Shown here piece after piece: positions 27,170 through 38,051 of a stretch of 64,000 bases of DNA. The DNA lies in the NCBI GenBank assembly GCA_963785035.1, contig CAWATG010000001.1, forward strand, positions 133,879 to 197,878. The letters are read 5' to 3'. This DNA is from an uncultured Acidimicrobiia bacterium. Its GTDB lineage: Bacteria > Actinomycetota > Acidimicrobiia > IMCC26256 > CAWATG01. Position 1 is the stretch's first letter, and every line of letters starts with the position of its first letter. Under the pieces are notes generated by a model. It searched no databases. It was not told the origin of the DNA and saw only the letters and a program-made list of their open reading frames with translations. Position numbers and translations under genes: made by a program.

Positions 27170-29200
27170 GTGGTGCTCCAGTACGTCATCGCCGGCCTCG
27201 TCTTCGGAAGCTTGTACGCGATCGTGGCGTCGGGCCTTGTCGTGACGTACCTCTCGGCGGGCATTCTGAACTTCAGTTTCGGGGCGCTGGCATTCTTCAT
27301 CGCTCGTCTCTATTACTTCCTCCACACCGAGCACGAGTGGGGCATCGTCGTCTCGTTGCTGGTGTCGGTTGTCGTCGTCGCACCGCTCTTGGGTGTGCTG
27401 TTGTACGTGTTGGTCTTTCGGCTCCTCCGACTGGCGACACCATTGGTCAAGATCGTGACGACCATCGGTGTCGCCGTTGCGATCGCGCCAGTCGCCCTGA
27501 TCATCTTCGGTGAGGATCCGATCCTCGTCGCTCCCGGCATCGCTCCTCGACCGATCCGTGTCTTCAAGATCTTCGACGTCGCTGTGACGATGGACCAGAT
27601 CATCGTGTACATCTTCATGGTCCTCGTCATGGTCGGTGGCACCGTCGTCTTGCGTTATACCGACGTGGGACTGCGTGTCCGGGCAATGGTCGACTCGCCG
27701 GCGCTGACATCGTTGTCGGGTACCAGTCCCGATGCTGTTGCAGCAGGTGTCTGGGCGGCGAGCGCATGCATCGCGGGGCTTGTCGGAGTCGTGGCCGCAC
27801 CAATCGTGGGCCTCGAGATCGGTAGCTACACCCTGTTGATGATCGCTGCATTCGCCGCGGTGATTGCTGCACGTCTCCGTAGCTTGCCGGTCGCGGTCGC
27901 GGTGGGTCTGGCGATGGGAGTCGCGGGGTCGGTCGTGCAGTACCTCCTGCCCCCGTCGAGTTCCTTTGTGCAAGCCGCTATTCCGAGCATTCCGTTCGTC
28001 GCGACCGCAATCTTTCTCGTGTACAGCATGTTCAGTAACGCGAGCCTTGACGAATATGGCCGGATCGGTGGCACGCTCGACCACGCCATCATCCCGCAGG
28101 GCACCACGTTCACCCCGCCGAGCACATCGTCTCCTTCCGATGCAGTCCCCAGCGTCAGACTCGGAGCGCCCGGCGCGAAAGCAATGGTGTTGTCCCGATG
28201 GCCATGGTTCTTGGCGGCTCTGGCGGCAGTCGTCGTACCGCTGCTTCTGGGGGACTTCTGGGTCATTCAGCTGGCTGTAGGCATCGCGTTCGGAGTGGTG
28301 TTCCTCTCGTTCACCCTTGTCGTCGGTGAAGGAGGGATGATCTGGCTGTGCCAGGTGACATTCGCCGGCATCGGTGCAATGGGAACGGCTCAGTTGGCCA
28401 CCGTTCACGGATGGCCGCTTGGGCTTGCGATCGTCGCGAGTGCCGGTATCGCCGCGATGTTGGGCGTCCTGATCGGTCTGCTCAGCATCCGCCTCGGTGA
28501 CCTGTATGTCGCGCTGGTCACGCTCACCTTCGGCTTGTTGTTCGACAATCTGGTGTTCAGCCGCGAGATGTTTGCCAAGTTCGGAGCTGGGGTAGCGGTT
28601 CGCCGTCCCGATTTTGCCGGTAGTGATCTGACGCTGGCCTACCTGTTCTTCGGTGTTTTCGTGATTGTCGGATTGGGTGTTGTCAACGTGCGGCGATCAA
28701 CGACCGGCCTTGCCCTTGGAGCGGTTCGCGGCAGTCCCACCGCAGCGAGAATGCTTGGCGTGAACGTAGTGGCGATGAAGGTCCTGGTCGCAGGGCTCGG
28801 CGCATTTGTTGCGGCGCTGGGCGGGGCCATGTTGGCGGTGCAGAACGGCGGAGCGGTGCCGCTGAAGTTTCTCACGCTGCTGGGGTTGGGGTGGCTCGCA
28901 GTCCTGGTGACATTGGGAATCCGCTCGACCGTCGCGGCACTCTTCGCCGGCATTGCCTTCACGATGCTTCCCGAAGTCGCGCGTGTGCACCTGTCGAGCG
29001 CGTGGGTGCACCTTCCGCCGCTGCTCTTCGGACTCGGAGCGATCGCGGTCGCGAAATTCCCCGAAGGCGTGATGGTCATGAATCTGCGATCGCTCAACGC
29101 GAAGGTGTCATCGATGCTTTCCGATGCCCGTACGCGTCGAACGCAACAGGGCGGTGGCGCTGTCGGTGGTAAGGATCTTCCGGAGTCGGTGCCAACATGA
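27170..29200 (+). CDS. fused LivH-LivM-type branched-chain ABC permease
   Basis: 676-aa, highly hydrophobic ORF. The N-terminal half starts VLQYVIAGLVFGSLYAIVASGLVV (LivH-like). The C-terminal half is LivM-like. Confidence 0.82.
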   Translation: MVLQYVIAGLVFGSLYAIVASGLVVTYLSAGILNFSFGALAFFIARLYYFLHTEHEWGIVVSLLVSVVVVAPLLGVLLYVLVFRLLRLATPLVKIVTTIGVAVAIAPVALIIFGEDPILVAPGIAPRPIRVFKIFDVAVTMDQIIVYIFMVLVMVGGTVVLRYTDVGLRVRAMVDSPALTSLSGTSPDAVAAGVWAASACIAGLVGVVAAPIVGLEIGSYTLLMIAAFAAVIAARLRSLPVAVAVGLAMGVAGSVVQYLLPPSSSFVQAAIPSIPFVATAIFLVYSMFSNASLDEYGRIGGTLDHAIIPQGTTFTPPSTSSPSDAVPSVRLGAPGAKAMVLSRWPWFLAALAAVVVPLLLGDFWVIQLAVGIAFGVVFLSFTLVVGEGGMIWLCQVTFAGIGAMGTAQLATVHGWPLGLAIVASAGIAAMLGVLIGLLSIRLGDLYVALVTLTFGLLFDNLVFSREMFAKFGAGVAVRRPDFAGSDLTLAYLFFGVFVIVGLGVVNVRRSTTGLALGAVRGSPTAARMLGVNVVAMKVLVAGLGAFVAALGGAMLAVQNGGAVPLKFLTLLGLGWLAVLVTLGIRSTVAALFAGIAFTMLPEVARVHLSSAWVHLPPLLFGLGAIAVAKFPEGVMVMNLRSLNAKVSSMLSDARTRRTQQGGGAVGGKDLPESVPT

Positions 29201-30024
29201 ATGGCGTTGTCAGCGAACCCCTGGCGCTGGAGGCACAAGGACTCACGGTGCGATTCGGTGGGATCGCGGCCATCTCCGACGTCGCGTTGCGTGTGCCGGC
29301 AGGAGCGATCACGGGCCTTGTCGGTCCGAACGGCGCTGGTAAGACCACAACATTCGCGGTGCTTTCGGGGTTGCTCAAAGCTAGTGGCGGCCGTGTTGTC
29401 CTCAACGGTGTCGACGTAACGTCTGAGAGCGCGCAGCAGCGAGCTCGGCGAGGTCTTGCGCGGACGTTTCAGCAGACGGAGTTGTTCAGCGGTCTCACAG
29501 TTCGGGAGCATCTTGTGCTTGCCGACCGCGTCGTGCATTCCCGAGGACGCCTTTGGAAGGACGTGTTCACCGGTGGCGCGCTCCGCGCACCGACGTCCGA
29601 CGAAGACGATCGCGTCGACGGAATTCTGGAACGTCTGTCGTTGCTGGCGATCGCACATCAGCGTGTCGATGCATTGCCACTCGGGACGCGCCGCCTTGTC
29701 GAGACCGCACGCGCATTGGCATCCCGCCCGTCGGTGTTGCTGCTCGACGAACCATTTTCCGGACTCAATCACCGTGAAGGAGAGGCGCTCGCAGATGTCA
29801 TCTCCGAGGTCGTTGCCGCTGAGAATGTTGCGACGTTGCTCGTCGCGCATGACGTTCCGCTGGTCCTGCGGTTGTGTGCGTACATCTATGTACTGGATTT
29901 CGGCGTGCTGATTGCCGAGGGCTCACCCGACGAAATCCGGAGTTCGAGTGTCGTACGCAGCGCGTACCTTGGCAATGAGGTGACCCCACCGCTTGGTGAC
30001 CCGACCGAGGTCGAGGCGTCGTGA
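29197..30024 (+). CDS. ABC transporter ATP-binding protein, LivG-like
   Basis: 275-aa ORF with Walker A GPNGAGKTT and Walker B LLLDEPFSGL. Its start overlaps the permease stop. Confidence 0.85.
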   Translation: MNGVVSEPLALEAQGLTVRFGGIAAISDVALRVPAGAITGLVGPNGAGKTTTFAVLSGLLKASGGRVVLNGVDVTSESAQQRARRGLARTFQQTELFSGLTVREHLVLADRVVHSRGRLWKDVFTGGALRAPTSDEDDRVDGILERLSLLAIAHQRVDALPLGTRRLVETARALASRPSVLLLDEPFSGLNHREGEALADVISEVVAAENVATLLVAHDVPLVLRLCAYIYVLDFGVLIAEGSPDEIRSSSVVRSAYLGNEVTPPLGDPTEVEAS

Positions 30025-30756
30025 GTGCTGACGCCGATCTCACCGTGGATGGACTCAATGTCAAGTACGGCCAGTTTCAGGCGCTCTTCGACGTGTCGTT
30101 GGGTGTCGAGACCGGTTCGTGCGTTGCGGTATTGGGACCGAATGGCGCGGGCAAGAGCACCCTCGGCCGGACGCTCTGCGGGCTGGTTCCGGGATCGTCA
30201 GGCCGCGTGACGTTCGGTGCGGACCGACATTACGAATTGGCGGCCGGATCGGATCAGAAGGGCCGGACTCGCCTACATCCCCGAAGGTCGTGGCATCTTT
30301 CCTGGTCTTTCCGTGCAGGACAATCTGCGGATGGCTGCGCGTCAGGCCGTCGGACGCGAGGCGCGCCGGGACGCGATCACGCGGGCGACCGACCTCTTCC
30401 CGTTGCTGGCAGTACGCGGTCCGCAACGCGCCGGAAGCCTCTCAGGCGGAGAACAGCAGATGTTGGGGCTGGCCAGGGCACTTGCTGTGCGGCCCAGGTT
30501 GATCATCGCCGACGAAATGTCACTTGGTCTTGCGCCGATCATCGTCGAACGTGTCTTCGAGAACATCGAGACCGTCCGTCGTGAGGGGATATCGATCATC
30601 CTGATCGAACAGTTCATCCATCGGGCCCTCGCCATCGCCGATGCCTGCGTCATCTTGTCCGGAGGGAGCGTGGACTGGAGCGGTCCGGCGCACGAGGCGA
30701 AAGGTGAGGTCGTCGATCGGTACCTTGGTGAGAGCAACGTCACGTTGAGTTTCTGA
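30021..30756 (+). pseudogene. ABC transporter ATP-binding protein, LivF-like, reading frame broken once
   Basis: Walker A GPNGAGKST lies in ORF 30021... The protein continues in the +1 frame (ORF 30217..30756) with LAYIPEGRGIFPGLSVQDNL, LSGGEQQML and IIADEMSLGLAP. The extra base lies near 30215-30222. Confidence 0.82.
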
Positions 30757-30823
30757 GTCTGTCCAACCCTGACGGCGGCGCTCGACTGCGGTGGTCGTCG
30801 TCAACAACCCCTGAGGTGTACCC

Positions 30824-32038
30824 ATGAGCAAGCCGATGTCTGGCGTCAAGGTCGTCGAAGTGGCCATGTGGTGGTTCGTTCCTGCGGCCGCTGCGATTCT
30901 CAGCGACTGGGGCGCAGAGGTCATCAAGGTGGAACACCCTGTGACCGGCGACCCGCAACGAGGACTCATGACCGGCGGGCTCCTTCCTGATGCCGGCGGC
31001 GGTTTCAACTTCATGGCTGAGCAGCCCAACCGTGGCAAGCGCAGCATCGGTATCGACATCGCAAAGCCGAATGGTCGTGAACTGCTTTACAAGCTCGTCG
31101 CCGAGGCGGACGTCTTTGTCACGAGCTTTCTTCCCGACGCCCGCCGACGTCTCGGCATTGACGTGGAAGACATCCGGCGCGTCAATCCCAATATCATTTT
31201 CGTCCGCGGCAGCGGCCAAGGCGCCGAAGGCCCTGATGCCGAAAAGGGTGGTTACGACGCTGCGTCGTTCTGGTCGCGTGGTGGGCTGGGAGCATCGTTG
31301 ACGCCGGCGGGAGCCACCGCGCCGGTCTTTCAGCGCGCTGCCTTCGGCGACTCCATCGGAGCAATGACACTGGCCGGCGGTGTCGCTGCGGCACTCTTCG
31401 AGCGTGAGCGAACCGGAGTGGCCCCGGTCGTGGACGTGTCGCTGTTCGGCACGGCGATGTGGGTCCTCGCTCCCGACATCATCGCTAGTGCTGTCATGGA
31501 GGGTGGCATCCCGTCGTTCGCGCGCACTGAGGCTCCGAACCCGTTGGTCAACACGTATCAGACCTCTGATGGGCGTTGGTTGACACTGCTGTTGCTGCAG
31601 CCCGATCGGTACTGGGAAGACTTCTGTGGGCGCATCGGCCGTACCGAGCTCCTTACCGACGAACGTTTTGCCGATGGCATGAACCGGTTCATGAACCGCG
31701 CCGAGCTGGTCGCGATCCTCGACGAAGCCTTCGGTTCGAAAACGCTTGCACAGTGGCGCGAAATCCTGGAGACCCACGAGGGTCCGTGGGCACCGATGCA
31801 GACTGCTGCCGAAGTGCTCGAAGATCCCCAGGCCGTGGCGAACGGGTATGTCTCGAAGCTCGACCCAACGGGCGCGAGCCCTGCGGTGTTGGTGGCGAAC
31901 CCGGTGCAGTTCGATGGCGAACACGTGCAACTGACCAGCGCTCCCCAGCATGGACAGCACACCGAAGAAGTGTTGCTCGAACTTGGTCTGACATGGGATG
32001 ACCTCATCCGTTACAAGGAAGAGGGAGCGATCCTCTAG
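30824..32038 (+). CDS. family III CoA-transferase (CaiB/BaiF/racemase-like)
   Basis: 404-aa ORF with the N-terminus GVKVVEVAMWWFVPAAAAILSDWGAEVIKVEHP. Confidence 0.82.
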   Translation: MSKPMSGVKVVEVAMWWFVPAAAAILSDWGAEVIKVEHPVTGDPQRGLMTGGLLPDAGGGFNFMAEQPNRGKRSIGIDIAKPNGRELLYKLVAEADVFVTSFLPDARRRLGIDVEDIRRVNPNIIFVRGSGQGAEGPDAEKGGYDAASFWSRGGLGASLTPAGATAPVFQRAAFGDSIGAMTLAGGVAAALFERERTGVAPVVDVSLFGTAMWVLAPDIIASAVMEGGIPSFARTEAPNPLVNTYQTSDGRWLTLLLLQPDRYWEDFCGRIGRTELLTDERFADGMNRFMNRAELVAILDEAFGSKTLAQWREILETHEGPWAPMQTAAEVLEDPQAVANGYVSKLDPTGASPAVLVANPVQFDGEHVQLTSAPQHGQHTEEVLLELGLTWDDLIRYKEEGAIL

Positions 32039-32056
32039 GAAGTACGGTTCGTCCCC

Positions 32057-33547
32057 ATGAACGCCATCGGCATCCACCAGTTCGCCCACGTCGATCCGGC
32101 GCGGCTCGCCTTCGTGCACGTGGGCGGTCGTATGACCTACGGCGAACTCGAAGTTGCTGTCAATCGGGCGGCGCATGCGTTTGCTGATGCGGGTGTCGGA
32201 CCAGGTGACCGTGTCGCGGTGCTCGTCGGGAATCGACCTGAGTATTTTGTCTACCTCAACGCGCTCAGTCGCCTCGGTGCGTTCCTCGTTCCTATTGGTG
32301 GACGTCTGACGCCTCCGGAAGTCCGATACATCGTCGAGGACTCCGGAGCCAAGCTCTTCGTGACGGACCGACCGAAGGACGCGGCAGCGCTTGGCGAGGT
32401 GGATCCGGAATCGTTGTGGCAGATCGACGACGTTCGTTTGCACGCCGGCGGCGGCGGCCGCGATGAGCCGCCGACGCGTGACTTCCTCGGGTTGATGCAA
32501 GTCGCGATGCAGTACACCTCGGGTACGACCGGACGTCCCAAAGGTGTCGCTCGCAAAGTGCCCCAACCAATGCCGGAGCCGCAACCGAGTATGGCGGCGT
32601 TGATATTCGGCTACGACGCCGACGGTGTCCACCTGGTGTGTGGACCGCTGTATCACGCAGCGCCGAGTGGGCACGGGCAGATGAACCTATGGGCCGGCGC
32701 TGCGGTGGTTCTGCAAGAGCGGTTCGATGCGACCGAGGCACTCGAGACGATCCAACGCGAAGGTGTCACGAGCGCGTTCATGGCGCCGGCGCATTTCATC
32801 CGTATCCTCGAGGCCGACTGGCAGAGCTATGACCGGTCCTCGATGACGAGGCTCTGGCACGCCGGAGCGCCGTGTCCACCGCCGGTCAAACGCCGGATCT
32901 TCGAAGTCTTTCCCGACGCCGTCTGGGAGTTCTACGGCATGAGCGAGGGGATGGGCGGCATCGTCTCGCCGGAGGAGTGGCAGGCGCGCCCCGGAACCGT
33001 CGGCAAGGCATTTCCCGGACTCGAGTACCGCATCCTCGATGAGGACGGCAACGCGCTGCCAAACGGCGAAATCGGACTGATATATGTGTCGGCAATCCCC
33101 GGTAATGAGTTCGCCTATCACGGCGACGCGGCCAAGACGAAAGCCGCATGGCTAGACGGCTTCTACACCGTCGGCGACATGGGACGTCTCGACGACGAGG
33201 GGTATCTTTACCTTGCTGACCGACGTACCGACCTCATCTTGCGCAATGGAGTCAATATCTATCCCGCCGAGGTCGAGCACGCGCTGCTCGAGCACCCCGA
33301 TGTCATCGATGCAGCCGTTTTCGGTCTTCCCGACGAACGCACGGGCCAGAAGGTGCATGCAATTGTCGAACTTCGAGCCGGTGACGCGACGACTCCAGAG
33401 GCAATCACCGAGTTCTTGCGGTCACGACTTGCCGATTTCAAGGTACCGGCCGTGATCGAAGTGGTCGAGGAACTCCCGCGTGAACCGAACGGCAAGATCT
33501 TCAAGCGCCGTCTGCGTGAGGAGCGCATGGGGTCGATGCACACGTGA
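32057..33547 (+). CDS. acyl-CoA synthetase (AMP-forming)
   Basis: 496-aa ORF with YTSGTTGRPKGV, GDMGRLDDEGYLYLADRRTDLILRNGVNIYP and PNGKIFKR. Confidence 0.88.
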   Translation: MNAIGIHQFAHVDPARLAFVHVGGRMTYGELEVAVNRAAHAFADAGVGPGDRVAVLVGNRPEYFVYLNALSRLGAFLVPIGGRLTPPEVRYIVEDSGAKLFVTDRPKDAAALGEVDPESLWQIDDVRLHAGGGGRDEPPTRDFLGLMQVAMQYTSGTTGRPKGVARKVPQPMPEPQPSMAALIFGYDADGVHLVCGPLYHAAPSGHGQMNLWAGAAVVLQERFDATEALETIQREGVTSAFMAPAHFIRILEADWQSYDRSSMTRLWHAGAPCPPPVKRRIFEVFPDAVWEFYGMSEGMGGIVSPEEWQARPGTVGKAFPGLEYRILDEDGNALPNGEIGLIYVSAIPGNEFAYHGDAAKTKAAWLDGFYTVGDMGRLDDEGYLYLADRRTDLILRNGVNIYPAEVEHALLEHPDVIDAAVFGLPDERTGQKVHAIVELRAGDATTPEAITEFLRSRLADFKVPAVIEVVEELPREPNGKIFKRRLREERMGSMHT

Positions 33548-35275
33548 TCCTTCTGGGCCTGATCATCGAGTACCTGCGTCGCTACCGCGGGTTAGTGATC
33601 GCCGTTGTTGCGCTCACGGTCGTGCATACGACCGCGACGTTGACGTTGCCGTCGCTCAACGCGGACATCATCGACAAGGGCGTCATAACCGGCGATCATC
33701 GTTACATCTGGCGTATGGGCGCCGTGATGCTCACCGTGTCGTTCGCTCAGGTTGTCTTCGCGGTGATCGCGACATACTTCGGTGTCCGGGCCGCTACGGG
33801 ACTCGGACGCGATATTCGTGCTGCGCTGTTCCACCGCGTGACGTCATTCTCCGCACGCGAGGTCGCCACATTCGGTCCGTCGTCGCTGATCACTCGAATC
33901 ACCAACGACGTGCAGCAAGTGCAGATGCTCGTCCTCATGGTGTTGACGATGGTCGTCGCTGCGCCGATCACGCTCGTCGGAGCGGTTGGTATGGCCATTC
34001 GTGAGGACGGACCCATGTCGTTGCTGCTGATCGTGGCCGTGCCGGCGATGGTGGCCGCGCTGGCCCGGGTCATCGTGCGCCTGGTTCCCGAGTACGCCAA
34101 GATGCAGGTGCGCATCGACCGCATCAATGAGATCCTCTCCGAGCAGATCGCCGGAATGCGCGTGGTGCGCGCGTTCGTGCGAGAGCCTCATGAGCGCGAT
34201 CGCTTCGCGACCGGCAACGATGCGCTGACCGCAACGTCATTGCGGGCAGGGCGTCTGATGGCGTTCATGTTCCCGACCGTGATGATGATGCTGAACGTCT
34301 CGAGTGCGGCCGCGCTCTGGATCGGTGGCGATCGCATCGGCCGTGGACAGATGCAGATCGGCGCATTGATTGCGTTCCTCACCTACCTGATGCAGATTCT
34401 GATGGCGGTCATGGTCGCGACGTTTGTGGCGGTTCTCGCGCCCCGTGCAGCGGTGTGCGCGCAGCGCATTCGCGAGGTGCTCGACACGGACACATCGGTC
34501 GTTCCACCGGAGAGACCGGTGGTGACGTTGCCGGGTCCTGCGTCGGTGGAGTTCCGTGATGTCGGGTTCTCGTACCCCGGGGCAGAGGCGCCTGTCCTGA
34601 CGGGTCTTTCCTTCCGGGTCGAGGCTGGTACGACGACGGCAATTGTCGGGAGCACGGGATCTGGGAAGACCACGCTGCTGGGACTTGTGCCTCGCCTCTT
34701 CGACGTGACCGCAGGTGAGGTGCTCGTCAACGGCGTCGACGTCCGCAAGATCGAGGCCGAGGTGTTGTGGGGCCAGCTCGGCCTTGTTCCACAACGGCCG
34801 TATCTGTTCAGCGGCACTGTTGCCAGCAATGTTCGTTACGGCAAGCCCGATGCCACCGACGATGAGGTCTGGGAGGCGCTCGAGATTGCGCAGGCGCGGA
34901 GCTTCGTCGAGGAGATGCCCGCACGCCTCGACGAACACATCGTCCAGGGCGGGAGCAATGTCTCAGGTGGGCAACGCCAGCGCCTTGCTATCGCACGGGC
35001 GGTGTTGCGCCGCCCGGCGATCTACCTCTTCGACGACTCGTTCTCGGCGTTGGACCTGGCGACCGACGCGCGCCTGCGCAGCGGCTCTGGCGCCCGTCAC
35101 CAGAGATTCCGCGGTGCTGGTGGTCGCGCAGAGGGTCTCGACGATCATCGAAGCCGACCAGATCCTCGTACTCGAGGACGGCCACCAGCTTGGGCTGGGT
35201 ACGCACAGCGCGTTGCTCGAAACGTGTGAAACCTACGCCGAGATCGTCGATTCACAACTGAGCGCAGCGACATGA
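33544..35275 (+). pseudogene. ABC exporter (TMD-NBD half transporter), reading frame broken once near the 3' end
   Basis: A membrane domain is followed by GSTGSGKTT, VSGGQRQRLAIARA and LFDDSFSALD. The last ~60 codons continue in the +1 frame (..AVLVVAQRVSTIIEADQILVLEDG..). The extra base lies near 35075-35080. The stop overlaps the next start (ATGA at 35272). Confidence 0.85.
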
Positions 35276-37194
35276 GTAACGGCGACCCGGGTGATGTGAG
35301 TTCTGCACCAGACGGCAATGGTAAACCCGAGTCCGAGGTGACCCGTCGCCTTCGAAACGCGCAGATGCGCTCAACGGCCGGTCGTGTCGGGACGATGGGG
35401 ATGCCCGCGGAACGTTCCGAGGATTTCCGCGGGTCCATGCGGCGATTGTTCGACCGTTTGCGCGAGGAGCGGCTGGGTATCGCTGCCGTGTTGTTGCTCG
35501 CTGTGACCAGCGTGATCCTCACGGTGCTTGGACCGCGGATCCTCGCCCGCGCCACCAACGTCATCGTCGATGGTGTGTTGAGTCGCCAGGGCGTCGACTA
35601 CGGCGAGCTGCACCGAATCGTGCTGGGCGTTGTTGCGCTGTACGTCGTTGCCGCAGCGCTGGCCTACGCGCAAGGATTCGTGCTGGCGACGGTGGTGCAG
35701 CGCACCATGTCCCGATTGCGTCGTGACGTCGAGGACAAGCTTCATCGTCTTCCGCTTGCGTACGTCGATCGCCAGCCGCGCGGCGACCTCCTGAGCCGCG
35801 TCACCAACGACATCGACAACTTGGCGCAGAGCCTTCAGCAGACGCTGTCGCAAATGCTCACGTCGACGCTGACCATCATCGGCGTGCTTGTGATGATGTT
35901 CACGATTTCGTGGACGCTGGCGCTCGTGGCGCTCATCACGATCCCGATCTCGTTGGTGACGATGAAGCTCATCATGACCCGCTCGAAAAAGCAGTTCATC
36001 GCACAGTGGGATCACACCGGTTCGCTGAACGCTCATGTGGAAGAGGCGTTCGCCGGACATGCGCTGGTGAAGGTCTTCGGGCAACTGCACGCAGCGCGCG
36101 AGACCTTCGACGACAAGAACGAAGACCTCTTCGATGCCGGGTTCCGAGCGCAGTTCATCTCCGGGATCATCCAGCCGGGCATGATGTTCTTCGGCAACCT
36201 CAATTACGTTGCCATTGCGGTCGTAGGTGGTTTGCAGGTGTCGTCCGGCCGGATCACGATCGGTGATATCCAGGCGTTCATCCAGTACTCGCGCCAGTTC
36301 ACGCAGCCTCTGACGCACTTGGCGTCTATGGTCAATGTGTTCCAATCGGGAATCGCCTCGGTCGAGCGTGTGTTCGAACTTCTCGACGCGCCCGAGGAAT
36401 CGCCCGATGATGAGATTCCCGTGATGGCGGCGCAGGCGAAAGGACGCGTCGAGTTCGATCACGTCTCCTTCTCGTACGACCCAGAGAATCCGTTGATTTC
36501 CGACCTCTCGTTGGTTGCCGAGCCTGGCCAGACAGTGGCGATCGTGGGGCCGACCGGTGCAGGGAAAACGACTTTGGTGAACCTGATCATGCGGTTCTAC
36601 GAGCTCGATGGCGGCGCGATCCGTCTCGATGGCGTCGACATTGCGCACATGACGCGTAGTGACCTTCGATCGAACATGGGCATGGTCTTGCAGGACACCT
36701 GGCTCTTCGGTGGGACGATCAGTGAAAACCTCGCCTTTGGAAATCTCTCGGCGACCGAAGAGCAGATTCGCCAAGCTGCGCGAGCTACCTATGTGGATCG
36801 GTTCGTACACTCACTCCCAGCGGGATACGACACGGTCCTCACCGATGACGGCACGACAGTGAGCGCAGGCGAGAAACAGTTACTCACGATCGCGCGAGCG
36901 TTCCTTGCAGATCCGACGATCTTGATTCTCGATGAGGCGACAAGCTCGGTGGATACCCGTACCGAGGTGCTCATTCAGCGTGCGATGGCAGCGTTGCGTT
37001 CCAACCGTACGAGTTTCGTGATTGCGCATCGCCTCTCGACGATCCGCGATGCGGACATCATCTTGGTGATGGAGCACGGCCAAATCGTCGAACAGGGTTC
37101 GCACGACGAGCTGCTCGTTCGCAAGGGCGCCTACTACAACCTGTACAACGCGCAGTTCGCCGGCGCAGCCACCGATATCGACGTCGACGTTTGA
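35272..37194 (+). CDS. ABC exporter (TMD-NBD half transporter), partner of the preceding gene
   Basis: 640-aa ORF with GPTGAGKTT, VSAGEKQLLTIARA and LILDEATSSVD. Confidence 0.88.
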   Translation: MSNGDPGDVSSAPDGNGKPESEVTRRLRNAQMRSTAGRVGTMGMPAERSEDFRGSMRRLFDRLREERLGIAAVLLLAVTSVILTVLGPRILARATNVIVDGVLSRQGVDYGELHRIVLGVVALYVVAAALAYAQGFVLATVVQRTMSRLRRDVEDKLHRLPLAYVDRQPRGDLLSRVTNDIDNLAQSLQQTLSQMLTSTLTIIGVLVMMFTISWTLALVALITIPISLVTMKLIMTRSKKQFIAQWDHTGSLNAHVEEAFAGHALVKVFGQLHAARETFDDKNEDLFDAGFRAQFISGIIQPGMMFFGNLNYVAIAVVGGLQVSSGRITIGDIQAFIQYSRQFTQPLTHLASMVNVFQSGIASVERVFELLDAPEESPDDEIPVMAAQAKGRVEFDHVSFSYDPENPLISDLSLVAEPGQTVAIVGPTGAGKTTLVNLIMRFYELDGGAIRLDGVDIAHMTRSDLRSNMGMVLQDTWLFGGTISENLAFGNLSATEEQIRQAARATYVDRFVHSLPAGYDTVLTDDGTTVSAGEKQLLTIARAFLADPTILILDEATSSVDTRTEVLIQRAMAALRSNRTSFVIAHRLSTIRDADIILVMEHGQIVEQGSHDELLVRKGAYYNLYNAQFAGAATDIDVDV

Positions 37195-37226
37195 GAGACG
37201 TCGACCGCTGCGTGACCGACCTGTGA

Positions 37227-37997
37227 TTACCAGACCTTGTCGCCGCGGGTGATCGCCTCGCAGCCACCGTCGATGAAGATCACCTGACCGGTCACCATCG
37301 AGTTTTCTGCGCTCGCCAACCACACGAGCAGTGGAGCGACACGCTCGGCAGTCCCATGGCCGCCGAATGGCATCTGCACAGAGCCGTCGACGAGTTCGCG
37401 TCCCGCATCGGTCGAGAGCATGTCGGCCATCATCGGCGTCTCGATGACACCTGGGGCGATCGCGTTGAGTGAGATGCCTGCCTCTGCCCATGCTGCGCTC
37501 GGCGCGGTGCGTCGCACCCATCGGGCAAGCGCAACCTTCGACGATGAATACACCGTCAACGCGCTCACGTCCGTTGCCTTCGCGGCGAGCAGCGCAGCCT
37601 CCTCGTCCCCGTCGAGACACGCGTCGACCGTTGCGTCGTCGGCAGCGTGAAGCGACGCGACCGACGAGATGGTGACGGCGCGCGGTTGGTCACCCTTGGC
37701 GAGGAGCGGACGCAGCCCTTCGAGGGTCGCGACAGCTCCGAAATAGTTGACGGCGACGACGACAGGTTCGGTACCGAGCAGTCCTGCACAGGCGATGACG
37801 CCGTTGAGCGTGCCACCCGATGCCTTGGTGACCTCGTCGATCATCGCGGCGCGTCCCGTTGGGGTCGAGAGGTCGGCGGTGACGTCGGCGTCACGTATGT
37901 CGACGCCGATCACGCGGGCCCCTTGGCTCGTGAGCAAGTTCATGGTGGCATTGCCGATTCCCGAAGCTGATCCCGTGACGACATAGGTCCGCGTCAT
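37227..37997 (-). CDS. SDR-family oxidoreductase, 3-alpha(20-beta)-hydroxysteroid dehydrogenase-like
   Basis: 256-aa ORF with TGSASGIGNA and YSSSK. The pattern VVTGSASGIG..VIGVDIRDADVTADLSTPTGR recalls the Comamonas 3-alpha-HSD/carbonyl reductase subfamily, from memory. Confidence 0.7.
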   Translation of the reverse strand: MTRTYVVTGSASGIGNATMNLLTSQGARVIGVDIRDADVTADLSTPTGRAAMIDEVTKASGGTLNGVIACAGLLGTEPVVVAVNYFGAVATLEGLRPLLAKGDQPRAVTISSVASLHAADDATVDACLDGDEEAALLAAKATDVSALTVYSSSKVALARWVRRTAPSAAWAEAGISLNAIAPGVIETPMMADMLSTDAGRELVDGSVQMPFGGHGTAERVAPLLVWLASAENSMVTGQVIFIDGGCEAITRGDKVW

Positions 37998-38051
37998 GTG
38001 TGTCTCCTTCGCACCGTGCGCCGTGTGGCGTCCGCCACAGACGCTCGAACC

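Noticed and set aside
26957-28408. 483-aa reverse ORF, together with similar long ORFs at 30740..32674, 35371..36810, 43212..44135, 58956..60371, 8676..9587, 6697..7668 and 22547..23668.
   Set aside because: All lie antisense to genes with clear family signatures. Their products are Arg/His/Asp/Pro-rich low-complexity strings, which is typical of shadow ORFs in high-GC DNA.
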